Source: Chiloscyllium plagiosum (taxonomy: Eukaryota). Taken from it: DNA of 64,000 nucleotides. A program made the position numbers and the translations under genes. The notes below the pieces were generated by a model. The model saw only the letters and a list, made by a program, of their open reading frames with translations. It was not told the DNA's origin and made no database searches. Below, in pieces: positions 27,316 to 38,429 of this stretch; position 1 is the stretch's first letter, and every line of letters begins with the position of its first letter. The stretch covers positions 9,309,323 to 9,373,322 of the forward strand of contig NC_057752.1 in NCBI RefSeq assembly GCF_004010195.1. The letters run 5' to 3'.

Positions 27316-28100
27316 TCACTTCTCTTCCTCCTCATCCGGTATAGCTGGTGGCAAGGGCTGTCCTCTCATGATGGTACGGTTGTGCAGCATGCAGCAAATC
27401 TGCTGCTCTATCAAACTGTATAGAGCTCCTTCACAGTGGTGCAGACTGCATAAATGTTGTTTCAGCATATCAATGGTCTTCTGTATCATTTTGTATAACA
27501 GCATGTGGTCAGTGGATAGTTTTGTCATGCAATTACCAACCTTCAGTTTGCTGCAGTGATTCAAAATGCAGTTGGCACAGAGGACTACTTCAGAATGCAG
27601 GTATTTACCTGCTGCCAAGATATTGAGTGATGGCCTTCCTGATTCTCTGGCCAGGGTCACACATGAAGAATTGGAATCCCTATTGATTCTCATATAGGGC
27701 AGACTTTCCACATACTGTGCCAGCAAATTGATATGTGCATATTTTATGGAACCCTGCACAGGTAAAGCTGAAAGTGAAGCTGCATGCTTACACTGCCTGC
27801 TTCTCTGATCAGGAGAAAAATGAAATGTATTCAGCTCTCATTGCATAGAGGATCCCAGTAGCCTCCCTCATGCAACAGTGGATGGCAAACTGAGATGTTG
27901 TAAATACCTCCAGCTCCAGTCTGGAGGGAACTCATTTAACTGTTCATCATCACGGTCACCTGCACAGCTACTAGTAATGTGGTCCTTGCCCTGCTCTGAA
28001 TTGAAGTTGTTGCTACATTGACTGAAATCTGCTGCCCAGAATGCCTTTACTGAAGCCCACACGCTGTTGGTCCTCTCTCTCTTCCAACCACTTCTCCTGA
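27316..28100 (-). pseudogene. Decayed Harbinger/HARBI1-like DDE transposase
   Basis: IQKTIDMLKQHLCSLHHCEGAL and ICCMLHNRTIMRGQPL resemble the DDE_Tnp_4 C-terminal motif (IExxxGxLKxRFRCL...CCxLHN); frameshifted N-terminal helix-turn-helix-like remnants near 27850-27970. Confidence 0.75.
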
Positions 28101-28649
28101 TCTGTGTCGCCCAGAAGTTTCAAATTGCTGGCTTTGTATGAGTGATACTCATGATCATGAGCTGTGTGTTATCCCGAGAGAAAAGTAAAGCTCAGAGTTA
28201 CTGATTAAACAACTTCATTCAAATCATACAATTTTCAAGTTAAAGTAAAAGTATTCTGAAATGATAAGATCAGACCATTCTCAAATGACTTTAAGCAGAG
28301 GACATTTTACAATCTTGGAATACTAATGAGATCACATAGAAGTTTCTCAAACACTAAAGAATTTGAAGGTTAAAATGGTTAAGAAGTACACAAACCAGTA
28401 AAATGAGCAGAATTCCTGTTATGGCTTAGAATGGACAGTAAGTGATATAACCCCTCATGCCTGCTCTGGCAAAAGATTAGATCATGAAGATTCTTCCAAA
28501 TTAGCTTCACTTTTCTACATACTGCTCATATCCTCCGTTCCCTTAATTGAAAATATCAACTTCAACCTTAAAGAAAAGTAACAGCATCCGCATTAGTAAA
28601 TAAATGCATCAGATGATGTGATGGATCAAGTAGTAGAACAGGAAGACCC

Positions 28650-31420
28650 AATGTTCAAGAGCTTGTTGGGATTGTATTATAGGCCCAGCAATAGTCAGTG
28701 GGAAATTGAGAAGCAAATATATAAGGAGATCTCAGATATCTGTAAGAATAATAGGATGGTAATAGTAATGGATTTAACTTTCCAAACATAAACTGGGACT
28801 GTCATAACACTAAGGGCTTGTAAAATGTGTACAAGAATACTTTCTTATTCAATATGTGGATGTACTGACTGGAGAACGAGCAATACTTGACTTTCTGTTG
28901 GAAAATAAGGCAGGACAAGTGATTGAGGTGTCAGTGGGGGAGCACTTTGGGAACCAGTGATTATAATGCTATTAGTTTTAAGATAGTTATGGAAAAGGAT
29001 AGACCGGATCAAAAAGGTAAAACTCTAAATTAGAGTAAGGCCAATTTTGACAGTATTAGACAGGAACGTTACAAGGGGTCACAGGTTCAAGGTGAGAGGG
29101 GAAAAGTTTAAGGGAGGTGTGCACGAGAAGTTTTTCATGCAGAGAGTGGTAGTAGTCTCGAACACACTGCCAGAAAAGGTGGTGGGAGCAGGCACATTGT
29201 GACATTTAAGAAGCATCTGGGTGATTACATGAAGGAGATAATAGAGGGATATGGATCTAATAAGGACAGAAGATTTTTCAGTTTAGTTAGAGCATGATGA
29301 TCGGCACAGGCTTGGAAGGCTGCACTTCTCTTGGTTCTTTGATTGGGGGAGACTACTCACAGGTAAAGGGATGTTTGGAAATTGGAAGGCCTTCAAAAAT
29401 GAGATAACAGGAGTTCACAAACAGTATGTTCCCATTAGTGCAAAGGGTAAGGCTGGTAGGTGTAGGGAATGCTGGATGACTGGAGAAATTGAGGCTCTGG
29501 TCAAGAAAAAGGAGGCATATGACCAGTATAGACAGCTGGGATTGACTGAATCCCAGCAGAGTACAAGGGCAGTAGGAGTATCCTTAAGAGGGAAATCAGG
29601 AGGGTGAAAAGGCAAAGTGAGATAGCTTTGGCAAACAGTGTTAAGAAGAATCCAAAGAGATTCTATAAGTACATTAAGGGCAAAGGAGTAACTAGGAAAA
29701 GAATAGGGCCCCTTAAAGATCAGTGTGACCGCCTATCTGTGGAACCACAGGAGCTGGGTGAGATAATAAACAAATATTTCGTGTCAGTATTTACTGTGGA
29801 GAAGGACAATGGAAGCGAGGGAACTTGGGAAAATAAATAATAATGTCTTGAAAAGAGTTCATATTACAGAGGAGTGGTGCTGAAGATCTTAAAATACATA
29901 AAGACAGATAAATCCTCAGGACCCTATCAGTGTTTCCCAGCACTTTATGGGAAGCTAGGGAAGAAATTGCTGGGTCTCTTGCTGAAATATTTGTGTCACG
30001 GACTGCCATGGGTGACAGCCAGAAGACTGGAGGTTGGCTAATGTGGTGTCGTTATTTAAGAAAGGCTGTAAGGAAAAGCCAAGGAACTACAGACCGGTGA
30101 GCCTTATGTCAGTGGTGAGCAAGTTGTTGGAGGGGACAGGATTTATATGCATTTGGAAAGGCGAGGGCTGATCAGGGACAGTCAACGTGACTTTGTGCAT
30201 GGCAAACCATGCCTCATTAACTTGACTGGGTTTTCTGAAGAGGTGACAAAGAAGATTGATGAAGGCAGTGTGGTAGACATTGTCTATGTGGACTCAAGCA
30301 AAGTGTTCGACGAGGTTCCACATAGTAGACTGATTAGTAAAGTTAGATTTCAGAGGATCCAGCGGGAGCTAGCCAACTGGATACAAAATTACCTTGAAGA
30401 TCGGAGACACAGAGTGTGGTGGTGGAGGGTTGCTATTCAGACTGAAAGCCTGTGACCAGTGGTGTACCACAAGGATCGGTGCTGGGTCCACTACTTGTTA
30501 TCATTTATATAAATGATATGGATTGAACATAGGAGACACAGTTAGTAAATTTGCAAATGACACCAAAACTGGTGGTGTGGTGGACAGTGAAGATTATCTC
30601 AGAGTACAGTGGAACCTTGATGAGGATGAGGAGTGGCAAATGGAGTTTAATTTAGATTAATGTGAGCTGCTGCATTTTGGAAAAGCAAATCAGGTTAGGA
30701 CTTACACACTTAATGGTAAGGTCCTGGGAGTGTTGCTGAACAAAGAGACCTGGGGTGCAGGTGCATATTTTCTTGAAAGTCGAGTCGCAGATAGACAGAA
30801 TGGTAAAGGAAGTGTTTGGTACGCTTTGCTTTATTGGTCAGAACATTGAGCAGAGGAATTGGGATGTCATGTTTCGGCTGTATAGGACATTGGTGAGACC
30901 ACTTGTAGAATATTACATTCTACAAGGAAGGATGTAGTTAAAAAAGAGTGCAGAAAAGAGTTACAAGGATGTTGGCCAGGACTGAAAGGGTTGAGTGATA
31001 AAAGAGAGGCTGAGTAGGCTGAGGTTTTTTCCCCCTGGAGTGTCAGAGGCTGAGAGGTGTCCTTCATAAAGGTTTATAAAATCATGAGGGACATGGATAG
31101 GGCGAATACCCAAGGTCTTTTTTCCTAGGGTAGGTGAGTCCAAAAGTAGAGGACATAGGTTTAAGATGAGAGGGGAAAGATTCAAACAGGACTCGAGGGG
31201 TAATTTTTTTCACAGAGGGTGGTGCGTGCATGGAACAAACTGCCAGAGCAAATAGTGAAGGCAGCATTTAAAAGGCATCTGGATGGATATATGAATAGGA
31301 AGGGTTTAGAGGGATACGGGTCAAATGCTAGCAAATGGGACTAGGTCAGATTGGGATGTTTGGTCAGCACAGACGAGTTGCGCCAAGGAGTCTATTTCCA
31401 TGCTGTATGACTCCATGACT
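28650..31420 (+). mobile_element. Decayed CR1-type LINE ORF2 with a nested CR1 tail at about 29068-29340
   Basis: KKNPKRFYKYIKGK, EDWRLANVV, GVPQGSVLGP, SKFANDTK motifs; CTCCATGACTCTA-type tail. Confidence 0.92.
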
Positions 31421-31424
31421 CTAC

Positions 31425-32430
31425 GACGTAAGTAACAGGAGCAAAAGTCGACCTTTTTGTCCCTTGAACCTGATCATTCAGTAAGATCATGGCTGATATG
31501 CTTATGGCCTTAATCCTTTCCTGCCCATTCTCCATTTCCCTTAACCTCACTACATTTCTAAAATCTAACTCAGCCATCTGTATACTCAATGACCTAGCTT
31601 CCACTGCTCTCTGGGAGTAGAGAATTCTAAAAGATTCATAATCCTGAAAAAGAAATTCCTCCCATCTCAATCTTAAATGGGAGACTCCTTATTTTTAAAC
31701 TGTGCCTCATTTTCACCACTCCCAAATTGGAAACAATTTTCAGTGTCTACCCTGTCAAGCACCCTCAGAATCTTTAAATTTCAATATGATCGCATCTCAT
31801 CTAAATTTCAGTAAAATCTCCCTTAACAATGCCTACAAAGTTGGAGCGAGTCTTCACTATTTTTGTTTTCCATTCCTCATCCCCTTTGCTATGAAGAATA
31901 GCATTCAAGTTGCTAACTGGACCTGCACATTCACTTTTGTGATGCATGTACAAGGACATCCAGATCCCTCTGTATTGCGGCAGTCTGCAGTCTCTCTCCA
32001 GTTAAATCATATCCTACTTTTCTACTCTCACTGCCAAATATTTACCCACTCCCTTATTCTATCTAAATCCGTTTGCAAGATCCTTTGTATCCTCCTCACA
32101 ACTTGATTTCCTATCCATCGGCAAATTTGGCTACAAATCACTCAGACACTTCATTCAAGATATTAATATATGTTGTAATAGTTTGCCAATCTGAAAATTA
32201 AACACAGAATCCAACTCTGTTTTCTGTTACTCTGACAATCCTGCTTTCTTGCCATATCCTCAAAGAACTAGGATAAGTTTATCAAGCACTATTTCCTTTT
32301 CATAAATCCATTTAGACTCTGACTGACTACATCCTGCTACTACTTCCTTAATTATGGATTCTAGCATTTTCTCAATAATGGATATTTGGCTAACTGACCT
32401 ATAGTTTCCTGATTTATGTCTCCCTTCTTG
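31425..32430 (-). mobile_element. Old CR1-like LINE fragments
   Basis: SQRAVEARSLSI motif and tail similar to 35840-36100. Confidence 0.65.
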
Positions 32431-32729
32431 ATCCTTGGTCTGTGTTGGCTTAGATGAGTGAGGTGTTCATTAGCCACAAGAAGAGGAGGAAATAAGTGCC
32501 CACTTATATCAAGAAGCATTTCTAGATCAGTTGTAGCAATTAAATTATACAGCATAATGAACCTCTCCCTCCTCTGCCCAACAGCACATCTTGACCCTAA
32601 GCTCAGAAAAGTACCTACATCATATCAAAATCATGTTTCTTCCCCCATTCCCACATCAGCTAGCTGTGACTCCCCAGTGAGATTGTGAAACGTTGTTTTG
32701 TGTCTCAGGCTGCCTGCAGACTGGATTGA

Positions 32730-32860
32730 GAGGAAGCAAGGACTGCAGATGCTGGAGAGTCAGAATCGGAAAGTGTGGCACTGGAAAAGCACAGCAGATC
32801 AGTCAGCATCTGAGAAGCAGGAGAGTCGACATTTCGGGCATAAGCCCTTCATCAGGAATG
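32730..32860 (-). mobile_element. Short PLE tail with hammerhead motif (32828-32855)
   Basis: Minus CTGATGA-AGGGCTTATGCCC-GAAATGTC; flanks CAGACTGGATT and CAGACAGGATT are TSD-like. Confidence 0.8.
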
Positions 32861-33305
32861 ATTCAGACAGGATTAAGGCTGCCTGATCATCCCAGTTCTG
32901 ATCCTCCCAGCCAGTCAGTAGCCTCTCATTCCAATTAAGGTGTCCGTATCAAGGTGATGGTAAAAGGGCTTTCTATCAATACAGGCTGCAAGAAGCCCAT
33001 TAACACTTGAGGACAACATTACATTCAAGCAACATCTTGTTTATACAGTACGTTTAACAAAATAAATTGCCCCAGATCGCCCCACAAAGTGGACGGCAAC
33101 CAGACACCAAAACATTTGTGAGCCAAGGTAAATGAGCGAATGGATGGAAAATAATTATCCAATTTTAAAATGATAAACCTATCGAAGAGATAGGAAAAAC
33201 AATCAGATGTCACAAATTCATGAACTTTCATGCAACTACCTGTGTACAGTTCTTTAAATATTTGAACATCTGAGAAGTTTGTAGAGAGCGTTTGGGTTCT
33301 CTTAC

Positions 33306-33370
33306 CAGTCTGAATGTGAGGCTCCTGTTTGAATGAGGATCATCTATTAGTCTCTGCAGGTTGTTGGCTA
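33306..33370 (-). CDS. SPAK/OSR1-family kinase, CCT-domain exon (65 nt)
   Basis: TTTCATTAG acceptor, CTG|GTAAGA donor; (V)[21 protein letters not shown], compare OSR1 VAANLQKIVEEPQSNRSVTFKL. Confidence 0.93.
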
Positions 33371-33460
33371 CTAATGAAACAACAGAAAAGAAGGTTGTCA
33401 GGGTAGGTAAAAGGACATTGTATCAGCCAATATTTGAATATAAACGGTGCTGCAACTTAC

Positions 33461-33529
33461 CAACCATCATGTCAAACTCGTCTACCAAACCAGCAGAGAC
33501 GAGCTCCTGAGAAACACCAACCGCAGAGT
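33461..33529 (-). CDS. SPAK/OSR1-family kinase, CCT-domain exon (69 nt)
   Basis: CCCTTAG acceptor, TTG|GTAAGT donor; (D)[22 protein letters not shown], compare OSR1 DTAEGVSQELISAGLVDGRDLVI. Confidence 0.93.
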
Positions 33530-33579
33530 CTAAGGGTCAGGTATTTAAAATCAGTTTTGTGTGGAATTAGTATAATCAT

Positions 33580-33932
33580 AGAATCTCTACAGTGCAGAAA
33601 GAGGCCGTTCAGCCCATTGAGTCTGCACTGACCCTCCAAACAGCATCCCACTCAGACCCACCACCTTACCCTATCTCTATAACCCTACATTTCCCATGGC
33701 TAATCCACCTAGCCTGCACATCCCTGAACACTATGGGCTATTTAGCATGGCCAATTCACTTAACCTGCACATGTTTGGACTGTGGAACAAAACCAGAGCA
33801 CCCGGGGGGAGCCCCTGCAGACACGAGGAGAATGTCTGTGTGGACTTTGCACAGTCGCCCAAGTCTGGAATAGAATCCAGGTCCCTGGCATTGTGAGGCA
33901 GCCGTGCTAACCACTGAGTCACCGTGCTGCCC
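33580..33932 (-). mobile_element. Diverged HE1-like SINE
   Basis: tRNA-like head on minus; TSD ATAATCAT at 33572-33579 and 33933-33940. Confidence 0.85.
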
Positions 33933-34259
33933 ATAATCATTAATACTGATCAGGGCGACACAGTCTGATCTTAAACGTAACAGTCAATAAATGTACTGTC
34001 CTTGTCCATGTTCATTATAGTGCAGAACACCCACTGCAGCTTTTTAAAGGAACAGTTGCCCTCCTTTACTCTCAACTATTTGGTTAGTCATCCATTTCCA
34101 GTTGGATTTCAGGACACATGCCCCATTTCTAACCAAGACAATATAAAGGGTGACTTGGGTTTGGTCTCTGCCATTTTACAACCAACCACTAAAATCTCAA
34201 TGATTTGGAAGTCTAATGTTCTGATAGATCAGAATTTAATAAATATCATCCAAACTTAC

Positions 34260-34312
34260 CCCTTCCTGGAGTGAACTCAAATCTGATATCATTTAGCTCC
34301 CTTCGTAAATTC
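34260..34312 (-). CDS. SPAK/OSR1-family kinase, CCT-domain exon (53 nt)
   Basis: TTTACACAG acceptor, GGG|GTAAGT donor; [17 protein letters not shown], compare OSR1 [17 protein letters not shown]. Confidence 0.95.
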
Positions 34313-34810
34313 CTGTGTAAACATTAAAACAGTTAATACAGAAATTGTGACACAGCACCTGGATTACCATCTTCAGTTCTAAAATTATTTTTTACTAATG
34401 GAAAACTTCCTTCAGAGTTTGAAAACTCCGAGTTATGAAAATCTGCCCCTCCTCCACTCAGTCTCATTTTCCAATTTCCTATCAGTGCTGCCCACCCTTA
34501 GATGAACATTTCCCCTGTACCTCATCTAAGAGGACTGGGTTGTCTGGCCCTTCACAGTCACCAATCTTTCTCCATGACAGTGACTCTGATAGCAGCTTCT
34601 CTCCCAGTAACTAAAATCAGGATGCCTTGTTTAGTTGCTCTATTGGACGTCTTCACAGGGATGCTTTAGCTAAGCATGTTTGCTACTTGTACTGATCTGA
34701 AGTGCACAGTGACCAGATCACCTATTATCAGCACAGCTTACTTCATTCAAATGGTCAGTGTGTACAAAAAAACTTTCCACAAGATTTAGTTGAGGTTGAA
34801 TTCTCCTTAC

Positions 34811-34878
34811 CGTAGTCGCAGGACTAGATGGACAGAACTATCTTCATTACTTAGATGAGATGGACTTTCTGATTGTTC
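34811..34878 (-). CDS. SPAK/OSR1-family kinase exon at start of CCT domain (68 nt)
   Basis: CTTTTGACAG acceptor, ACG|GTAAGG donor; [22 protein letters not shown](R); phases join all five exons into one open frame. Confidence 0.9.
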
Positions 34879-35027
34879 CTGTCAAAAGCATAAATGTTAA
34901 AGAGAGTTGGAATAATATTAAATGTCTTTGTCAAATCCTAAGCTTCAGAGAGGGCCGCTCTGCTAGCTTCTACAAGTTACTAAAGACAGTTTGGAAAATC
35001 ATTGCAACAATGTCCCATTTGGCTCAC

Positions 35028-35058
35028 CATGTAAGGGCACTTATCTTTTGGCAATGTT
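35028..35058 (-). CDS. Candidate 31-nt linker exon of the SPAK/OSR1-like gene
   Basis: Pyrimidine-rich acceptor TCTTTTTTGGGATTCAG, donor ATG|GTGAGC; phase 2 to 0, reads TLPKDKCPYM in frame with 34878; no recognisable homology. Confidence 0.4.
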
Positions 35059-35463
35059 CTGAATCCCAAAAAAGATAATTGAAAACAACATGGGATCGGT
35101 AACAAAATCTCTGAACCCATCATCATCAACTGCACCCCAGAAAGATGTCATCCTTTTATTATCATTAATGATCACTAATCCATAGGTTCACATAACAGGT
35201 CCTTAGTGTCGGATTTATCTGTATATCCCCAGTTATATTGTCGCATTTCTCCAGGGGCACAAGCTTGTTAATAATAACAACATGGTATAAAATGTATTGT
35301 GAATATGTCAGGGTCCTGAGGGACTACAGCTGATCTCATGTCAGCAGGATTGCCCTAAGATATGGAAGGCTCTGGGTCTTCACTATTGTTATCCCAACAA
35401 ATTGTTTTAAGTATTATTTGTACTTTTCAGTTAGTATTAGTATGAGGTTTGACAGACATATAC

Positions 35464-35500
35464 GTTTGTTCTGTTTGCCTCTGGCTGCTGTGAAGTGCAT
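35464..35500 (-). CDS. Candidate 37-nt linker exon of the SPAK/OSR1-like gene
   Basis: Acceptor GATTTATTTCAG, weaker donor AAC|GTATAT; open whether spliced to 34878 (CTSQQPEANRTN) or via the 31-nt exon (ALHSSQRQTEQT). Confidence 0.4.
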
Positions 35501-35634
35501 CTGAAATAAATCTGGAGTCATTGCTGGAAAGTGTATCTATATTTAATAGCAGGGTCTTTATCTCTTTTGTGATTGTAAGATGTTGACACCTTTGTTGGAG
35601 TCACTCTTCAATTTCCTGTCCTTGAAGGTTGCAT

Positions 35635-35810
35635 GAGAGACAAAAGAACTAAGATGCTGGAATCCAAGGTCGACAGGCAGGAAGCTGGAAGAACACAGCA
35701 AGCCAGGCAGCATCAGGAAGTGGAGAAGTTGACGTTTCGAAACATTGACTTCTCCACCTCCTGATGCTGCCTGGCTTGCTGTGTTCTTTCAGCCTTCTGC
35801 TTGTCTACCT
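35635..35810. mobile_element. Short hairpin PLE derivative (older subfamily)
   Basis: Inverted repeat centred on GACGTTTCGAAACATTG; flanks CCTTGAAGGTT and CCTTGAAAGTT. Confidence 0.75.
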
Positions 35811-35839
35811 TGAAAGTTAATGTTGGCAGGCTACCTAAC

Positions 35840-37385
35840 ATAGGAACAGGAGTAGGCATTCAACCCATTGAGCCTGTTCCTCCATTTAATACAATCATGG
35901 CCTGATCAAATATTTCAACGCCTTTTATCCACACTCTCTCCATACCAATTTTTGCCACTGGTAATCAAAACTTATCAACCTACACTTTAAGCATACTCAA
36001 AGACTAAGTTCCCACAGCTTTCTCAGATAGAAAATTCCAAAGATTCACAACTTTCAGTTATAGAATTACTCCTCATCCCAGTCTTAAATGCCACCCTCAT
36101 TTTAACTTGTGCCCCCTGGTTCTAGACTCCCCACCCAGGCATTTAACCGGTCTATCCCTTCATGTATTTTGTAGATTTCAATGAGAACACTTCTAATTTT
36201 CCAAGACTGTTGCAAAATTAAGCCCAGTTTGCCTAATCTCTCTTTATAGACCAATCCTGCCGCCTTGGGACAATTCTGGTAAACCTTGGTTGCACTCCAC
36301 CTATGGCAATAATATTCCTTGAGATAAAGAGACCAGAATTGCACACAGTCCTCCAGCTCCTATACAATTTAAAGCAAGATGTCACTCGTGGTATACTCAA
36401 ATCCTCTTACAATGAAGACTAACATTCCATTAACCTTTGTAATAGCTTGCTACACCTGCATGTTAACCTTCAGTGACTTATCAACAAGGACACCTAGGTC
36501 CCTTTGCACATCTACACTTTCCAACCTCCTAATCATTTAAGAAATATTCTACACATCTATTTCTCCTACCAGCGTGGACAATGTTATATTTTTTCCACAT
36601 TATATTCTATTTGACAAATTTTTTTGTTCAATCACTAAGCCTGTAAAATCCTCTTCATAACACACATTCCTTGTCTAGCTTTGTGCCACCTGCAAATATT
36701 ACATTAGATCTCCATGTCCAAATCATTGATATATAATGTGAACAGCTGGGGCCCAAGAACACATCTTTGAGATACCCCACTAGTCATTCTGCCAGTGCAA
36801 GAATAACCCACTCATTCCTACTCTGTTTTCTATTTTTTAAACAATCATTAATCCATGCCAATACATTACCTCCTGTGCCACATGCTTTAATTTTGCTAAC
36901 CAACCTCCTGTTGGGGGGGGGGGGTCTGATCAAAAGCCTTCTGAAAATCCAAATATACTACATCCATTAACTCTCCTTTATCAACTTTATTAGTGACATC
37001 CTCAAAAACCTCCAAATGGACCAAACCGGATTTTCAATCAAATCAAATCTAATACTGATTATGCCCAACAAAATATTTTTTCTCCATGTGTCCATTTATC
37101 ACGTCCTTTATGATAGATTCGAGCATTTTCCCTACTTCTGATGGAAAGCTGATGGGTGTGGAGTTCCCTGTTTTTCTTCCCTTGCTGCTTTTTTAAAAAA
37201 AATGGTGGGAATACTAGATACAAGGTTCCAATCTGCAGGAATCATTCCAGAATCTAAAGCATTTTGGAAAATGATTATCAATTCAGCCCCATTAATTTCT
37301 CTCATATAACCTTCATACTAATACAATTTTCCATCAACTCCTTATTCTCCTTCATTACTTGAATCTCTAATTCTGGGAGATTTCT
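35840..37385 (-). mobile_element. Old CR1-like LINE 3' half
   Basis: VQFWSLYL, YKERLGKLGL, LIEIYKI and YLDFQKAFD motifs on minus. Confidence 0.8.
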
Positions 37386-38069
37386 GGCAGTGAAGAGTGT
37401 CACCTCCAGGTCCCAATTCAGTTCTCACCCAACATCCATGCTTCCAGCAATTGTCAAAACACCACTGATGACTAAGCTTCCAGCCCTTAACAGAAGTGTT
37501 CAAATTAGTTATATAGTCCAGCTGACCATATAGACCTGGGACCTGTCTGGACTGTTGAGGGTGACTTTACTGATGAGGCATCAGGGTGCCAATTGGATGT
37601 CTTTTGAATGAGATGCAGTGATCTCTTTGCTGAACTCAGGAAGTGGTATAACCTTTGTGCATTACTCTGGAAGTGGAGGGTATGCAATGTATAACATTGA
37701 TGATTTTAGCAAAACTTTCTCGTAAGACAGTAGCTCCAGAGGTAGACCTGGGTGGGAAGAAAATGCAGTTAAACCCGAGGTTTCAATGTCCTACCAGCCC
37801 TTGCCCCACTTGCTGGCAATGTGACAAACTGTTGGTCTTTCAAAGTGGTTCACCTGAACGTTTTTGAGATCATGATGCAACTGAACGAAAGAGTCATTCA
37901 TCTGATACAGAGTTTAAACCCTCCCAGCACTCAAACCTCACTCACCTTGAAAGTAAAGCTATAGCATGGTTTCCAGTCAACAAATGTGGAAGTTCAAGGT
38001 GAACAACAGCTATAAAACTGGGACAGAGGGTCAGCATTAAACTATCGAGACTACTTTTGTTTGATTCAT

Positions 38070-38425
38070 CCAACAGCACTCCCTCCAGACCCAGGATATC
38101 CTTCCTCAGATAAAAAGACCAAAAATGCACACCATACTTTAGGTGTGGTCTCACCAAGGCACTGGACAATTGCAGCAAGACATCCCTGTTCATCTACTCA
38201 AATCCTCTTGCAATGAAGGCCATTTACCCTCTTCACCTCCTGCTGTACCTGCAGGCTTACATTCAGCAACTGGTGTATGAGGACACCCAGGTCTTGTTGC
38301 ACCTCCTTTTTTCCCAAACTATCACCATGCAGATAATAATTTTCTTTCCTGTTTTTGCTACCAAAGTGGATAAATTCACATGTATACACATTATACTTCA
38401 CCTGCCAGGTATCCAGCAACACTGA
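38070..38425 (-). mobile_element. Old CR1-like LINE fragment
   Basis: NRDVLLQLSSALVRPHLKYGVHFWS and WQVKYNVYTCEFIHFG. Confidence 0.8.
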
Positions 38426-38429
38426 TAGA

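Noticed and set aside
27316..27759. Functional HARBI1 gene
   Set aside because: Motifs are degraded and the upstream part is frameshifted
37505..37750. Minus-strand exon after acceptor-like TTTTCTTCCCACCCAG
   Set aside because: No similarity to SPAK/OSR1 and no convincing donor
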